DNA of 64,000 nt from an uncultured Gemmatimonadales bacterium. GTDB lineage: Bacteria; Gemmatimonadota; Gemmatimonadetes; Gemmatimonadales; Gemmatimonadaceae. Shown here piece after piece: positions 22,181 through 32,075 of the stretch. The notes under the pieces were generated by a model. That model was given only the letters and a program-made list of their open reading frames with translations. It ran no database searches and was not told where the DNA came from. The position numbers and the translations under genes are program-made. The first letter of the stretch is position 1. Every line of letters starts with the position of its first letter. The stretch is taken from contig OY969695.1 of NCBI GenBank assembly GCA_963701965.1, positions 4,256,001-4,320,000 on the forward strand. Direction: 5' to 3'.

Positions 22181-22420
22181 ATGGGCAAATTGGGACCCGA
22201 AGAGATCATTCTCATTCTTTTGGTCGTCTTGCTGCTCTTTGGGGCCAAACGAATCCCCGAGATCGGCGCCTCGCTGGGTAAAGGCATCCGGGAATTCAAG
22301 GGAAGCCTGTCCGGAAAGGACGCGCATGTATCGGGGAGCTCACCCGCGGACGCCGCAGACCGGGACGCATTGGAGACAAGAGAGGAGGACGAGAAAGTGA
22401 AGCCACGTCGCTTGCTCTGA
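22181..22420 (+). CDS. tatA: Twin-arginine translocase TatA/E
   Basis: LGPEEIILILLVVLLLFGAKRIPEIGASLGKGIREFK. Confidence 0.93.
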   Translation: MGKLGPEEIILILLVVLLLFGAKRIPEIGASLGKGIREFKGSLSGKDAHVSGSSPADAADRDALETREEDEKVKPRRLL

Positions 22421-22524
22421 GTCACCGGGTCAGCCCACCAGGCGTGTCGCGAACCGCAGCAGCTCCTTAACGGTCACAATCGCCAGCACGAGCGGCCGAG
22501 CCCGAGCGTTGCTGTAGAAGGCGA

Positions 22525-23190
22525 ATGGGCCAGCGTCGAACGGGTCACCAGGGACGGGCCCGCATCCTTACATTAGCGATTCTCACGATCGCGACCGATC
22601 CAACGCACGTCATTGCGATCGTCGCGTTGTTTGTGTCGCTGGGCCTTGACACGCTGGCCGTGGCGCTGAGTTTGGGTATCGCCGGTGTACCGCGGAGCCA
22701 GTGGCTCCGGGTGGGACTCACGTTCGCCATTTGCGAAGGCATCACCCCTGTGATCGGGATTCTGCTCGGCCGGGCCATGAGCGCGGCCCTCGGTTCCGCC
22801 GCCGGTGCAGTCGGGGGGCTGATCGTGATCGGCGTGGGTCTGCGGTCGCTGTTCGAGGAACGGGACCCTGAGCCGTCGGCGGACGCCTCGGCGCGCCTCC
22901 GCACGCGGGTGGCCTCGATGCGGACGTTGATCCCCATGGGTCTCGGCGTCAGCCTGGACGAGCTGGCGGTCGGGTTTTCCCTCGGGGCCGTGCGTGCATG
23001 GCTACCGATCGCCGTCGCCGGCGTCGCTTTGCAAGCGGCGGTGCTGACGTTCGTCGGATTACTCGTCGGTCAGAAGCTCGGGACGCGGCTCGCCGAGCGT
23101 GCCGACCGAGTCGCAGGCCTATTGCTGATCGCGGTGGGCGTCGCGCTGTTGTGGGGGGGCGTGACGGACGTTCTCGGGCGTGCGAGGTGA
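22525..23190 (+). CDS. mntP: Manganese efflux pump MntP family
   Basis: SLGLDTLAVALSLG, FAICEG..P..G, VSLDELAVGFSLG. Confidence 0.85.
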   Translation: MGQRRTGHQGRARILTLAILTIATDPTHVIAIVALFVSLGLDTLAVALSLGIAGVPRSQWLRVGLTFAICEGITPVIGILLGRAMSAALGSAAGAVGGLIVIGVGLRSLFEERDPEPSADASARLRTRVASMRTLIPMGLGVSLDELAVGFSLGAVRAWLPIAVAGVALQAAVLTFVGLLVGQKLGTRLAERADRVAGLLLIAVGVALLWGGVTDVLGRAR

Positions 23191-23372
23191 GGACCGGTGC
23201 GGCACGTGACCCTTGGTTCGTCGCCTTGCTCGCCATCCGGCGCAGCGGCGCGCGGTGCGTCGTGTCGAGAACCGCCGGCGTGAGAGACGGCCCGGGGGAC
23301 CGTCCTGGAAGGGTCTCGCCTCGAGGCAACGCTTCGCATTAGAAGAATGAGCCGTGTGAGGCAGCCGCCGTG

Positions 23373-26165
23373 TTACTCCCGTCCATTTGTCGTGGCGGTT
23401 AGCGCCGCGACGCGCTGGCGCGCGTGGACGACGTCGGGCTGCAGCACGATGTCCGCCGTGTCCCAGAGGTCGGCGAGATGGCGGTAGGCGGCGACCGCGC
23501 GGGCGGTGTCGGCGCGCTGCTCGTACAGCGCGCCGAGCCGTGCGTATGCCGTGCCGTGAAACTCCCCGTCGGTGCCCTCCCACTCCGACCACGGCTCGGA
23601 CGCGTATCGCTCATAGGCGATGATGGCGGAGTCACCGGCGCCGGTCAGCTCATACGCGCGACCGAGGTCGGGTGTCGCGCACACCGGGCAGTTGTAGAGA
23701 TCGTCCGCGTGCCGCAGCGTCGCCCGCGCTGCCTGGAAGCGGCCTTCCGCCAGCTCGACGACGCCGAGCGCGCGGAAATATCCCCCATCGACCGCCGCTC
23801 CCTGCGTCCCGCTGAACCCCGAGAGCAAATCGACGGTACGCAGCTCCTGCAGCACGGCGCGCGACTGGGTGTTGCGACCAGCGAGCGCGTACGCGTACGC
23901 CAGAAACTGGTACGGTCGATCGAGTGGCGACATGCGCTCAAACGGATACCGCGCCAACGCATCATCGATCGTCCGCAGGCCGCGCTCCTGGGCGTGCCGA
24001 TACCAGATGTCGATGAAGCCGAGGAAGATCGACCAGTTGACGTACGCACTCCCCGACCCCTGCGCCGCATAGAGATCCAGCATGGCGTGGACCGAGCGCT
24101 CGGCGTCGGTCAGGTGGCCGCGCCGCACGTCGAGCGACGCCATCATGGCCAGCGCCGCGGCCCGCCGGTCCACGTCCGGCCCGGCGCGGGCCACCGCCGT
24201 GTCGATGCCGCGCCGGGCGAGCGGCCAGTTGCCGCGCGCCACGGCGAGCGCGATGCGGATGTGCTGCGCATCCTCCTGGGGCGGAAACCGCTGATCACGG
24301 TACATCAGGGTCGCTGCCGCCGCGTCGAGCGCGCCGGCATTGAGCTGCGCGGTCGCGAGATGGTTGTAGAGTAGCGATACGGACGAGTCGACCGCCAACG
24401 CCAGGTCGTAGTAGCGCCCCGCCTCGCGGTAGTTCTTGAGCCACATGTTGGCCGCGCCGATGTTGGCGAGCGCCCGCATGTCACCCGGGTACCGGTCGAG
24501 CAGCGCACGGTACACGGCGATCGCCTCGGTCGGCTGGCGGATGGTGAGATAGTAGCTGCCCATCGTGTGGTAGCGTTCCCGCGCCGGGAGCCGGTCGCGA
24601 TCGCGAAACGCCCGTTGCATGGCGTCGTGCTCCAGCGCCGCCTCATTGTACTCGCCGTAGTAGGTGCCAAGCTTGCGGTAGGCCATTGAGAAGTGCGGGT
24701 CGAGCGCGACCGCTTCTCGCAGAATGCCAATGGCGCGCCGCTCGTCGCCCTGCACATCACCGACGCGGATCGCCTGCGAGTACTTGCGCAGCGCTTCCAG
24801 TGATCCGGTGGTCACCTGCTCGAGCGGCAACGTCGCGCGCACACTCCACATCGACTCGCCAATACGGCGGCGGAGTCGGCTCGAGACCGCGTCGACGGCG
24901 CGCAGGAGCGCGGTCGAGTCGGTCGCGGCCTCGCGAACGGCCGCAATGATGTCGCCGGTTTCGACGGACACCAGGCGTGCCGAGACCGTGTACGCGGCGC
25001 CGAGCGTGGCGATGTCACCCTCGACGAATGCCTTGATGCCGTCGCGCTCGGCCACTTCCCGGGCGACGACGTCGGTGACGCGGTCGCCGGTGGGGCGCTC
25101 CATGCGCATCAGCACAGCCTGGATCTGCTGGCGCGTCAGTACGTGCAGGCGAGGTGATTGCGCCAAGTCGACGCTCAGGGCCTCGGTCACCGCGTCGCCG
25201 ATCAGTGAGTCGCGGGTCTGGTTGCGAAAATCGGCGACGATGAGGCGGTCGGAGGGGTCGAGCACCGCCCGACGCCATGGCGCGAACACGCCCGCGATGA
25301 TGGCGGTGACGAGTACCGCCAGTGCCGCCAGCGCCGCGCCAGCCCGCCGCCTCGGCCGGCGCGCCGGTATGGGCGCGGCCATCGGCGGCGGTGTGGCCTC
25401 CGCCGGGGATCCGTCGCCAGTCCGGGCCACGACATCGCCGGCGGGCGCGGCGCGCAGTTGCTCGGCGAGCTTGGTCGTCTCGGCTGCCGGCTCGGCGTCG
25501 AGCTCGTCCGCCATATGGCGCGCGAAGCGCTCGTACGCCCGCAGTGCCGGCGTCCGATCCCCGGCGTGATCGAGCACCCGCATCAGCTGCCGCAGCGCCG
25601 CCTCGTCTTCGGGCGCCACCCGACACGCGAGATCGGCCCACCGTGCCGCGTCCGCGAGATCGCCGGTGGCCAGCGAGCCCACGGCCAACGCGCCGGCCGC
25701 CGCGACCGCGCGCCCGCGGAGCGCGCGGCGAACACCGTCGACCCACTGGTCGAACTCCGGTGCCGCATCGGCAACAAACACCGCTTGGAAAAAATCCCCG
25801 TCGTAGAGCGCCAGCGCCTCCGCCGGGCGGCCCGCATTGAGCGCCTGCTCGAACGCGACGACGTCGCACCACAGCCCGCCATCGACGAGCCCGACGCGAT
25901 CGTCCGGCGACGCGACGAGTGCGGATTCCCCCAGCCACCGCCGCAGCGCGTGCAATGCCTGCCGCAACGCGCGCCGTCCTTCATCGGCGTCCAGCTCCGG
26001 CCAGAACATCGCCAGCAGCGCATCCCGCCGCTGCAATCCTCGCGGCGTGGCGATCGCCAGATATGCGAGGACGGCCAGTCGCTTCGGCTGCGTCGGCACG
26101 AGACGCGCGGCTGGCGCATCGCCGGCGACCAGCTCGACTCGACCCAAGGTTTGGAAGCGCAGCAT
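23373..26165 (-). CDS. Membrane-anchored BTAD/SARP-type transcriptional regulator with TPR sensor region
   Basis: wHTH (PKRLAVLAYL..RDALLAMFWPE), BTAD (WCDV..LYDGDF..DEAALRQLM), TM segment, VADFRNQTRD, TTGSLEALRKY, TPRs. Confidence 0.88.
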   Translation of the reverse strand: MLRFQTLGRVELVAGDAPAARLVPTQPKRLAVLAYLAIATPRGLQRRDALLAMFWPELDADEGRRALRQALHALRRWLGESALVASPDDRVGLVDGGLWCDVVAFEQALNAGRPAEALALYDGDFFQAVFVADAAPEFDQWVDGVRRALRGRAVAAAGALAVGSLATGDLADAARWADLACRVAPEDEAALRQLMRVLDHAGDRTPALRAYERFARHMADELDAEPAAETTKLAEQLRAAPAGDVVARTGDGSPAEATPPPMAAPIPARRPRRRAGAALAALAVLVTAIIAGVFAPWRRAVLDPSDRLIVADFRNQTRDSLIGDAVTEALSVDLAQSPRLHVLTRQQIQAVLMRMERPTGDRVTDVVAREVAERDGIKAFVEGDIATLGAAYTVSARLVSVETGDIIAAVREAATDSTALLRAVDAVSSRLRRRIGESMWSVRATLPLEQVTTGSLEALRKYSQAIRVGDVQGDERRAIGILREAVALDPHFSMAYRKLGTYYGEYNEAALEHDAMQRAFRDRDRLPARERYHTMGSYYLTIRQPTEAIAVYRALLDRYPGDMRALANIGAANMWLKNYREAGRYYDLALAVDSSVSLLYNHLATAQLNAGALDAAAATLMYRDQRFPPQEDAQHIRIALAVARGNWPLARRGIDTAVARAGPDVDRRAAALAMMASLDVRRGHLTDAERSVHAMLDLYAAQGSGSAYVNWSIFLGFIDIWYRHAQERGLRTIDDALARYPFERMSPLDRPYQFLAYAYALAGRNTQSRAVLQELRTVDLLSGFSGTQGAAVDGGYFRALGVVELAEGRFQAARATLRHADDLYNCPVCATPDLGRAYELTGAGDSAIIAYERYASEPWSEWEGTDGEFHGTAYARLGALYEQRADTARAVAAYRHLADLWDTADIVLQPDVVHARQRVAALTATTNGRE

Positions 26166-26241
26166 GAACTCCGCCAGCGAGGCGCGGCCGCGACGACGCC
26201 GTGGCCGGCCCCTGAACCTACGGCCGCGGCACCTCCGCCGT

Positions 26242-27345
26242 CTACTGCCGCGTCAGCTCGACGCGCCGGTTGCGCGCGCGCCCCTCCAGCGTCGCGTTCG
26301 TCGCTTTGGGCGCCGACGCCCCCGACCCGCCGGTGTCGAGCCGCCCGACGGCCACGCCACGCGCGACCAGCGCCGCCTTGACCGCCTCAGCGCGCCGGCG
26401 CGACAGCGTAAGATTCGACGCGTCGCCGCCGATATTGTCGGTGTGTCCGGTCACCGTCAGTGTCCACGACGGCTCGCGGCGCATGATGCCGGCGATCGCA
26501 CCCAGCATCGAGTCCGATTGCGGGCGAATCGTGGCACTGTTGAATCCGAAGTAGATACCATAGACGTCAACCGGCCGGCGCGCCGCCAGCGCCGATTCCA
26601 TGTCGCGCGACGTGCTCGTGTTCGGCCATTCGATCTTGATCACCGTCATGGAGTCAGGTCCGACCCGCATCTTCAACACGACTGGGTTCGCGGCATCGTC
26701 GAGCACGTACAGGTCCGCGTTCCGCACTCCGTCGTCGGAGGAGAGGCGGCCGCTGAGATGCCGGGTCGGCAGAGCGACGAGGGCCCCGTTGACGACGACC
26801 GACAGCGGCACCGCCGTCCGTTCGACGAGCGTCATCGTGCCCGTCGCCGTAAACCCCCCGCCACCCAGCCAATCGGCTGCCGAGCCTGAGCCGGCAATGT
26901 CGCCGACAAGCCCCTTGACCATCCCGCCCAATCCCGACCCGTCATCGATAACCGTGAGCGACGTATGCCCCTTGGCCCGGAGCTCCGCCATGGCGCTCGT
27001 CGACAACTGGAACGACGTTGTTCCCGGATACACTTCGTCACCGGCCGTGCTGATTCGCACCTTCATGGTTCGTGCGTCCCGGAGATCGATGGCGCGCACG
27101 GTGCGGCTGGCCCGCAACTGCTTCGATGCCGCACCGTCGGCGCCCGGCAGCTCGGCGTTGACCGTGAACGAGAGGCCATCGGCGGATATCCGGTCGACGG
27201 TGTGCATCGACTCGTAGTCGCCCTGCGACTCGTGCACGGCCAACACCATGGTCAGCCCCGCGACGAGCGGCACGGCCGGGTGCGGAGGCTGCCCGATCGC
27301 CGAACCGGGTCCCAGCAGGGCAAGGCCCACTATGTATGCGCGCAT
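26242..27345 (-). CDS. OmpA-family peptidoglycan-binding protein
   Basis: Signal peptide; GIYFGFNSA..GHTDNIG..NLTLSRRRAEAV..GRARNRRVE. Confidence 0.9.
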   Translation of the reverse strand: MRAYIVGLALLGPGSAIGQPPHPAVPLVAGLTMVLAVHESQGDYESMHTVDRISADGLSFTVNAELPGADGAASKQLRASRTVRAIDLRDARTMKVRISTAGDEVYPGTTSFQLSTSAMAELRAKGHTSLTVIDDGSGLGGMVKGLVGDIAGSGSAADWLGGGGFTATGTMTLVERTAVPLSVVVNGALVALPTRHLSGRLSSDDGVRNADLYVLDDAANPVVLKMRVGPDSMTVIKIEWPNTSTSRDMESALAARRPVDVYGIYFGFNSATIRPQSDSMLGAIAGIMRREPSWTLTVTGHTDNIGGDASNLTLSRRRAEAVKAALVARGVAVGRLDTGGSGASAPKATNATLEGRARNRRVELTRQ

Positions 27346-27350
27346 GTCGG

Positions 27351-27941
27351 CTACAGCTTGGCCAGGACGACGCGCGCGACCGCCTTCTCGTGCTCGACAA
27401 CGTCGTGTCCGACCGTACTGTCCTGGATCATCCGCATTGGCTCGGCGTACATGAGGATGCGGATCGTATTGTCGCCGGTGCGGACAGTGAGCGTCCCCAT
27501 GGAAAAGAACGCCTCATTGCCGAGGCCGGAAACGTCGCGACTTTGAAAACCGGGGAGCGAGGCACCGGCCGAGAGGCCGGCGGTCTTGTTCTCGAATCCC
27601 TGTCGCGCCACCTTGATGGGAATCCGCGCCATGGTCGCGCGTGTCGCCGGGTCGGTCGCGTCCTCCTCCGACAGCCACGACAGCTCGACGACGAGCGGAA
27701 CGGCGTCCTTCGACGTGGCGTAGTGGCAGCTCGACGACGTCGAACGGGGGTCGTCGTCCGATGTGGCGACGGTGTACGGTTCGCCTGTTACGGCCTGCAT
27801 CTCCTCTTTGGTGACCATTGAACAGAGCGCATAGTGGTGGCCGGACTGTGGCGCGCGCGCGTCAGCGGCGCGGGGAGCGGCCGTCCGGCTGGTGCACGCG
27901 GCGACGCCGATGGCGATCGCCAGACTCAAGCGCGGCGTCAT
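27351..27941 (-). CDS. Hypothetical lipoprotein
   Basis: Lipobox VAAC; CSMVTKEE..C.Y..VSGLGNEAF. Confidence 0.7.
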   Translation of the reverse strand: MTPRLSLAIAIGVAACTSRTAAPRAADARAPQSGHHYALCSMVTKEEMQAVTGEPYTVATSDDDPRSTSSSCHYATSKDAVPLVVELSWLSEEDATDPATRATMARIPIKVARQGFENKTAGLSAGASLPGFQSRDVSGLGNEAFFSMGTLTVRTGDNTIRILMYAEPMRMIQDSTVGHDVVEHEKAVARVVLAKL

Positions 27942-29623
27942 GAGCAACTCGGATTGCACGCGTGAACCTTGAGCATGTAGATCCCCTTGTTGTTGTCACC
28001 CGGTCGGGTGCGGTTGAACGTGTGATCGATGACCATCGTGTTGCGTGTCACGGTGACGGGCAGCTCGGCCGGTTTGTTCTCCACGGCGCGGCCGAGGATG
28101 AAGGCGGCGGTCTGAAACGGCAGGTCGTACTTGACGACGATCGGAGCCAGGATCATCGGGCCGATGAGCACGTAGACCACGTGCGCCGCGATCTGGTCGC
28201 TCAGGTCACTCTGCGCCGCCAGGAATCGCAGCGTCAGCTTGTCGCCGCCGGTGATGTCCCCTTCGACCGGCACGATGAACCCGAATGGCGACGTTCCCGC
28301 GAACGTCTTCCCTTCCGTTTCGTTGTAGCCCTGGCCTGGCGGCACGACCAGCTTGCGCAGCATGGTGCTGGTCTTGCCCGTCACCGGATACAGCACGGCC
28401 AGCGCATCTTCCGTGACCGCGAAGTGATTGGCCGTTCCGACGAATTCGCCCGTCACGTGGGTCGCGGACAGGGATGAACCTTTGGCGTAGCGCAGGATCA
28501 GCTTGCCGCCGATCGCCACGTCGTACGACCACCAGGTATGGCCGTCGCGGTAATACTCGGCGTGCATCGTGCCCGACATCGGACCTTCGATCTTCTCGCA
28601 GTACTTCTCGAACTCCTGGCCCTTGGCGAACGCGCCGAGGTCGGCGGCGAGCGCCACGACGGCGACCGGCCACGCTTCGGGGCCGAGCATGATGTTGCTC
28701 GTGAACTTGAACGTCTCGTTGAGCGCGAAGGCGTAGCGCGAGTCGTTCTGCAACGATGCCGGCGTCAGCTTCTGCCGGAATGCGTCGGCGCCGTAATCGA
28801 TGCCGAACGCCTTGACGACGCTCTTGATGCCATCGGACACGAAGTTCATGCCCGCGGAGAACAGCTTGAGCTGCTCGATCGCCTGGTCGAGGCGGTCGCA
28901 GGTCACGCCCGCCGCGGCGCTCCGACTCCGTTGGCTCTCGATCTCGGCCGACTTCGCGTGGGCGCCGTTGGCCACCTCGGCGACCTTGGCGAATATTGGT
29001 TGGAAGTTCTGGGCGGCGGCGGGGAACCGTGTCGGAACCGAGCCCATCTTCGTGATGGCCGCCTTGAGCGCATCCCGCTGTGCGGGCCACTCTTTGACGC
29101 GCCGCTGCGCCGCGGCGAGACTGTCCTGATAACGCATCTTGGCCGGCGATGCCGGAAGGGCGGCGACGAGATCGACGGCCGCGGCCAGAGCCTTGGACGA
29201 CGCGGTGACGACACTGTCAAGTGCTTTCGCCGTCTCGTCGGGGACCTCCGGCGTATCGTAGAGGGTGAGAATCGCGGAGTCAGCGCCCTTCTGGTCGGGC
29301 GCGGTGACGCGGACGCGGTAGCGGCCCCATTCGAACGGATGGTTGATGGTCGCGGTGAAGTTGCCGGCGTTGTCCATCGTCGCCGTCGCCGAGACCTCGC
29401 TGCCCGGCTTGGGGGCCGGGTAGATACGGCTGACGGTGATGGCGACCGTGTGGACATCGCCGTATGGAACGGACGTGCCGGTGACCGTGAACGCCATGCC
29501 CGAGAAGGCGTACGCCGGAGTGACCTTGACGGTCACGGGGAGCGCAGCCGAGGAGCCTTCCTGTGCGCCGGCGCGTGACATGGCGCAGACGGCGGCGCCG
29601 ATGAGGAGCGTTCGCGCGATCAT
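27938..29623 (-). CDS. Secreted hypothetical protein (Ig-like N-terminus, helical core)
   Basis: 561 aa, signal peptide, ATGA overlaps with both neighbours. Confidence 0.7.
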   Translation of the reverse strand: MIARTLLIGAAVCAMSRAGAQEGSSAALPVTVKVTPAYAFSGMAFTVTGTSVPYGDVHTVAITVSRIYPAPKPGSEVSATATMDNAGNFTATINHPFEWGRYRVRVTAPDQKGADSAILTLYDTPEVPDETAKALDSVVTASSKALAAAVDLVAALPASPAKMRYQDSLAAAQRRVKEWPAQRDALKAAITKMGSVPTRFPAAAQNFQPIFAKVAEVANGAHAKSAEIESQRSRSAAAGVTCDRLDQAIEQLKLFSAGMNFVSDGIKSVVKAFGIDYGADAFRQKLTPASLQNDSRYAFALNETFKFTSNIMLGPEAWPVAVVALAADLGAFAKGQEFEKYCEKIEGPMSGTMHAEYYRDGHTWWSYDVAIGGKLILRYAKGSSLSATHVTGEFVGTANHFAVTEDALAVLYPVTGKTSTMLRKLVVPPGQGYNETEGKTFAGTSPFGFIVPVEGDITGGDKLTLRFLAAQSDLSDQIAAHVVYVLIGPMILAPIVVKYDLPFQTAAFILGRAVENKPAELPVTVTRNTMVIDHTFNRTRPGDNNKGIYMLKVHACNPSCS

Positions 29624-30615
29624 GGGTGCAGCAGGTGGTGCACGACCGACTTGGCCTTCTCCTTGGCCTCGTCTTTGGCCTGCCCGGTGACACCATCACT
29701 GACGCTTTGCGCGACCGAGGGCGTCGGAGGAGCTGCCTCACCCGCCTTCTTGAGCGAGTCGCCAAGCTTGCCGAGGCTCGACATTTGGCCAAACAGGTCG
29801 TTCTTCGTGTAGCCCGCGGGCAGCTCGAACACCGACGCACTGACGGCGCCCGTGGTGAGGTGCGCGAGGGTCATCGTCATGTCGGACCTTGTCGTCTTGC
29901 CATTATCGACGGTCTCGCTGTGCGTGACCGTCTTGAGCGGTGCGCCCTTCGGCAGCTTCGCGTACGCCGCAGTGAGCGCGTCGGTATATGCCGAGTTGGC
30001 ACCGCTGTGACTGCCGGTGAGACTCCGGCCCATCGGATTGATCGCGGCGCTCAGCTTGGGCGCGATCCAGATGTCGGTCGTCGACCGGGTGATGGACTGT
30101 GACCGGCGACCCATGATCGTCATGGTCATAGTCGCGTTGTCGACGACGTGGTACTTGATCGTCGAGTAACCTTCGATTGCCTCGCCTGCACCGGCGATAT
30201 CGCCACTGGCACTCACGTCCGACCACTCGGTCGTGACGAGACCGTCGAGTGACGCCTGCAATCTCTCCGATACCTTGCTCATGGAGTCGGAGTTGAACTC
30301 CACGTACTCGCGCTTCGCCGGGTCCACGAAGTACGAGGTGTGTGTGGCGCCTTTGACGATGATATAGGTACCCGGGCCGAACAGCCCAGGGCGGGCCGGG
30401 CGTCCGGTTGGCGCGCCGACTTGCTGATAGTCGATCCGGGCGTTGCCATCGGCAAACTGGCCGTGAGCGGCCATCATAGGCCGGCTGACCGGCTGGCTGC
30501 TGCGCGGGTCGGTGTACGTGCCGGTCAGGGTCATGTCGTACGTCAGCCCCTGCGCCGACGCAATGCCGGACAGTACCGTGACCGCGATACACGCGGTCAC
30601 GACTCGAGTGGACAT
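29620..30615 (-). CDS. DUF4412-like secreted protein
   Basis: Signal peptide; VDPAKREY, GEAIEGYSTIKY, VFELPAGY. Confidence 0.7.
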   Translation of the reverse strand: MSTRVVTACIAVTVLSGIASAQGLTYDMTLTGTYTDPRSSQPVSRPMMAAHGQFADGNARIDYQQVGAPTGRPARPGLFGPGTYIIVKGATHTSYFVDPAKREYVEFNSDSMSKVSERLQASLDGLVTTEWSDVSASGDIAGAGEAIEGYSTIKYHVVDNATMTMTIMGRRSQSITRSTTDIWIAPKLSAAINPMGRSLTGSHSGANSAYTDALTAAYAKLPKGAPLKTVTHSETVDNGKTTRSDMTMTLAHLTTGAVSASVFELPAGYTKNDLFGQMSSLGKLGDSLKKAGEAAPPTPSVAQSVSDGVTGQAKDEAKEKAKSVVHHLLHP

Positions 30616-31236
30616 GTGCGTGCCTCTCCGTCTGTTGAGTGACGGTCGAGGGTAATGAGCACATGTTACCGGCGTGCGGCGGCGCCGTTACCCGGTCCGG
30701 TAACGCCCCGGTGGCGGTATGCCTGGCACTATGGATCGCGAGTGCTGGTGTCGTCCACTCGACGATCGTCCCGGGAACTCGGGCTATCAGTGCTTGACAT
30801 CAATGTGTGTTCGCTCGACCGCGCGCTAGAAGTCCATGGTGTTCATTGGTGTCTGTCGGCGGAGGTCGAGGGATGTCTCTTGAACGATCGGGATGCGACT
30901 CATTTTCGACGCGACGCTCTTGTTGCAGCCCGCGAACGCCTCACGGACCCGTGGGTGCACATCTGGAGGAATCGGGAATGGGACCATACAGCCCCCCTCG
31001 ACTGCGCGTCGTTCTCAAAGCACATTGGACCTCGCTAACCATGTGGTGGAGCATCCAACGCTGACCTCTACGACGCCTGCGCGGATAAGCGAGCCCGGCC
31101 GTAAACATATGCTATTCGGATCGCGCCCGTGAGTAGGGAATGCTGGCGCGTCCGCGTAACGGATCCTTGTCGCTTGAGGGGAGAAGGGCTGGCGGGGAAC
31201 AATAGTCCAGCCCGACTCCTTCACGCCGTGCAATGC

Positions 31237-31303
31237 GTCCGAAATATGCATCGTTCTTCGGACATTCTCTTGGTTTGTCTGAAAAATGTAGTATATTTCG
31301 GAC
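31237..31303. promoter_or_regulatory. Two 27-bp inverted repeats (operators) abutting the AbiEi-like start codon
   Basis: GTCCGAA-N13-TTCGGAC (31237-31263) and GTCTGAA-N13-TTCGGAC (31277-31303). Confidence 0.75.
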
Positions 31304-31951
31304 ATGACCGCACATGGTCGCGATACCGATCTCCGCAGCCGCGTGCTTAATCGGGTGCGGTCCGACGCCGGAGCGGTGTGGACGCCCAACGACTTCGCCG
31401 ATTTGGCGAACCGTGCGGCGGTCGACAAGACGCTTCAGCGCCTCGTGACTGCCGGCGAATTGCGTCGCATTGACCGCGGTCTGTATGATCGGCCGCGCCA
31501 AAGCGCCCTCACCGGCCAAACGACGGTACCAGACTACCGCGCAGTGATTCAGGCCGTCGTGCGGCGCGATCACGTGCGCGTGTTGATCGACGGCATGAGC
31601 GCGGCGAACGAGATCGGCCTGACGACCGCCGTGCCGGCTCACATCGAGGTGCTCGCCGATGCGCGTATCAAGCCGGTTCGCCTCGGATCCCAGGAAATCC
31701 GCTTCAAGGTCGCGGCCCCGAGTCGACTATACTGGGCGGGCCGACCCGCGATGCGCGTCGTCCAAGCGCTCTATTGGCTGCAGCACACGCTCGACGATCC
31801 CGACGAGCGCGTCCGCATCACGGAGCGGATTCGCCAGCTCCTCGTCGATCCGACGCACGGGCTCATCATTCGTGATGACCTCCGGGCCGGCCTCTCGGCG
31901 CTTCCGATCTGGATGCAGGAGTTCCTCCGCGACTTGATCAACGCCGCGTGA
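31304..31951 (+). CDS. DUF6088/AbiEi-type type IV antitoxin (cognate toxin truncated)
   Basis: VWTPNDFADL..RAAVDKTLQRL..RRIDRGLY, AANEIGLTTAVPA. Confidence 0.85.
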   Translation: MTAHGRDTDLRSRVLNRVRSDAGAVWTPNDFADLANRAAVDKTLQRLVTAGELRRIDRGLYDRPRQSALTGQTTVPDYRAVIQAVVRRDHVRVLIDGMSAANEIGLTTAVPAHIEVLADARIKPVRLGSQEIRFKVAAPSRLYWAGRPAMRVVQALYWLQHTLDDPDERVRITERIRQLLVDPTHGLIIRDDLRAGLSALPIWMQEFLRDLINAA

Positions 31952-32075
31952 GCGTCGACGCCTATCGCCAGCTCATCGATGCCGATGGCGTCGAAGAACA
32001 CTGGCAGGTTCTCTGCGACGCTGGCACCGCACGGATGACGTTAAGGTCGCGGCACGGCCCAATTAGATGCGTTGC

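Noticed and set aside
22421..22600. yybP-ykoY manganese riboswitch before mntP
   Set aside because: Could not recognise the conserved motif; an Rfam search would be needed.
30800..31020. Short minus-strand fragment MVPFPIPPDVHPRVREAFAGCN..ETSLD
   Set aside because: Looks like a gene start relic but is too short to assign.
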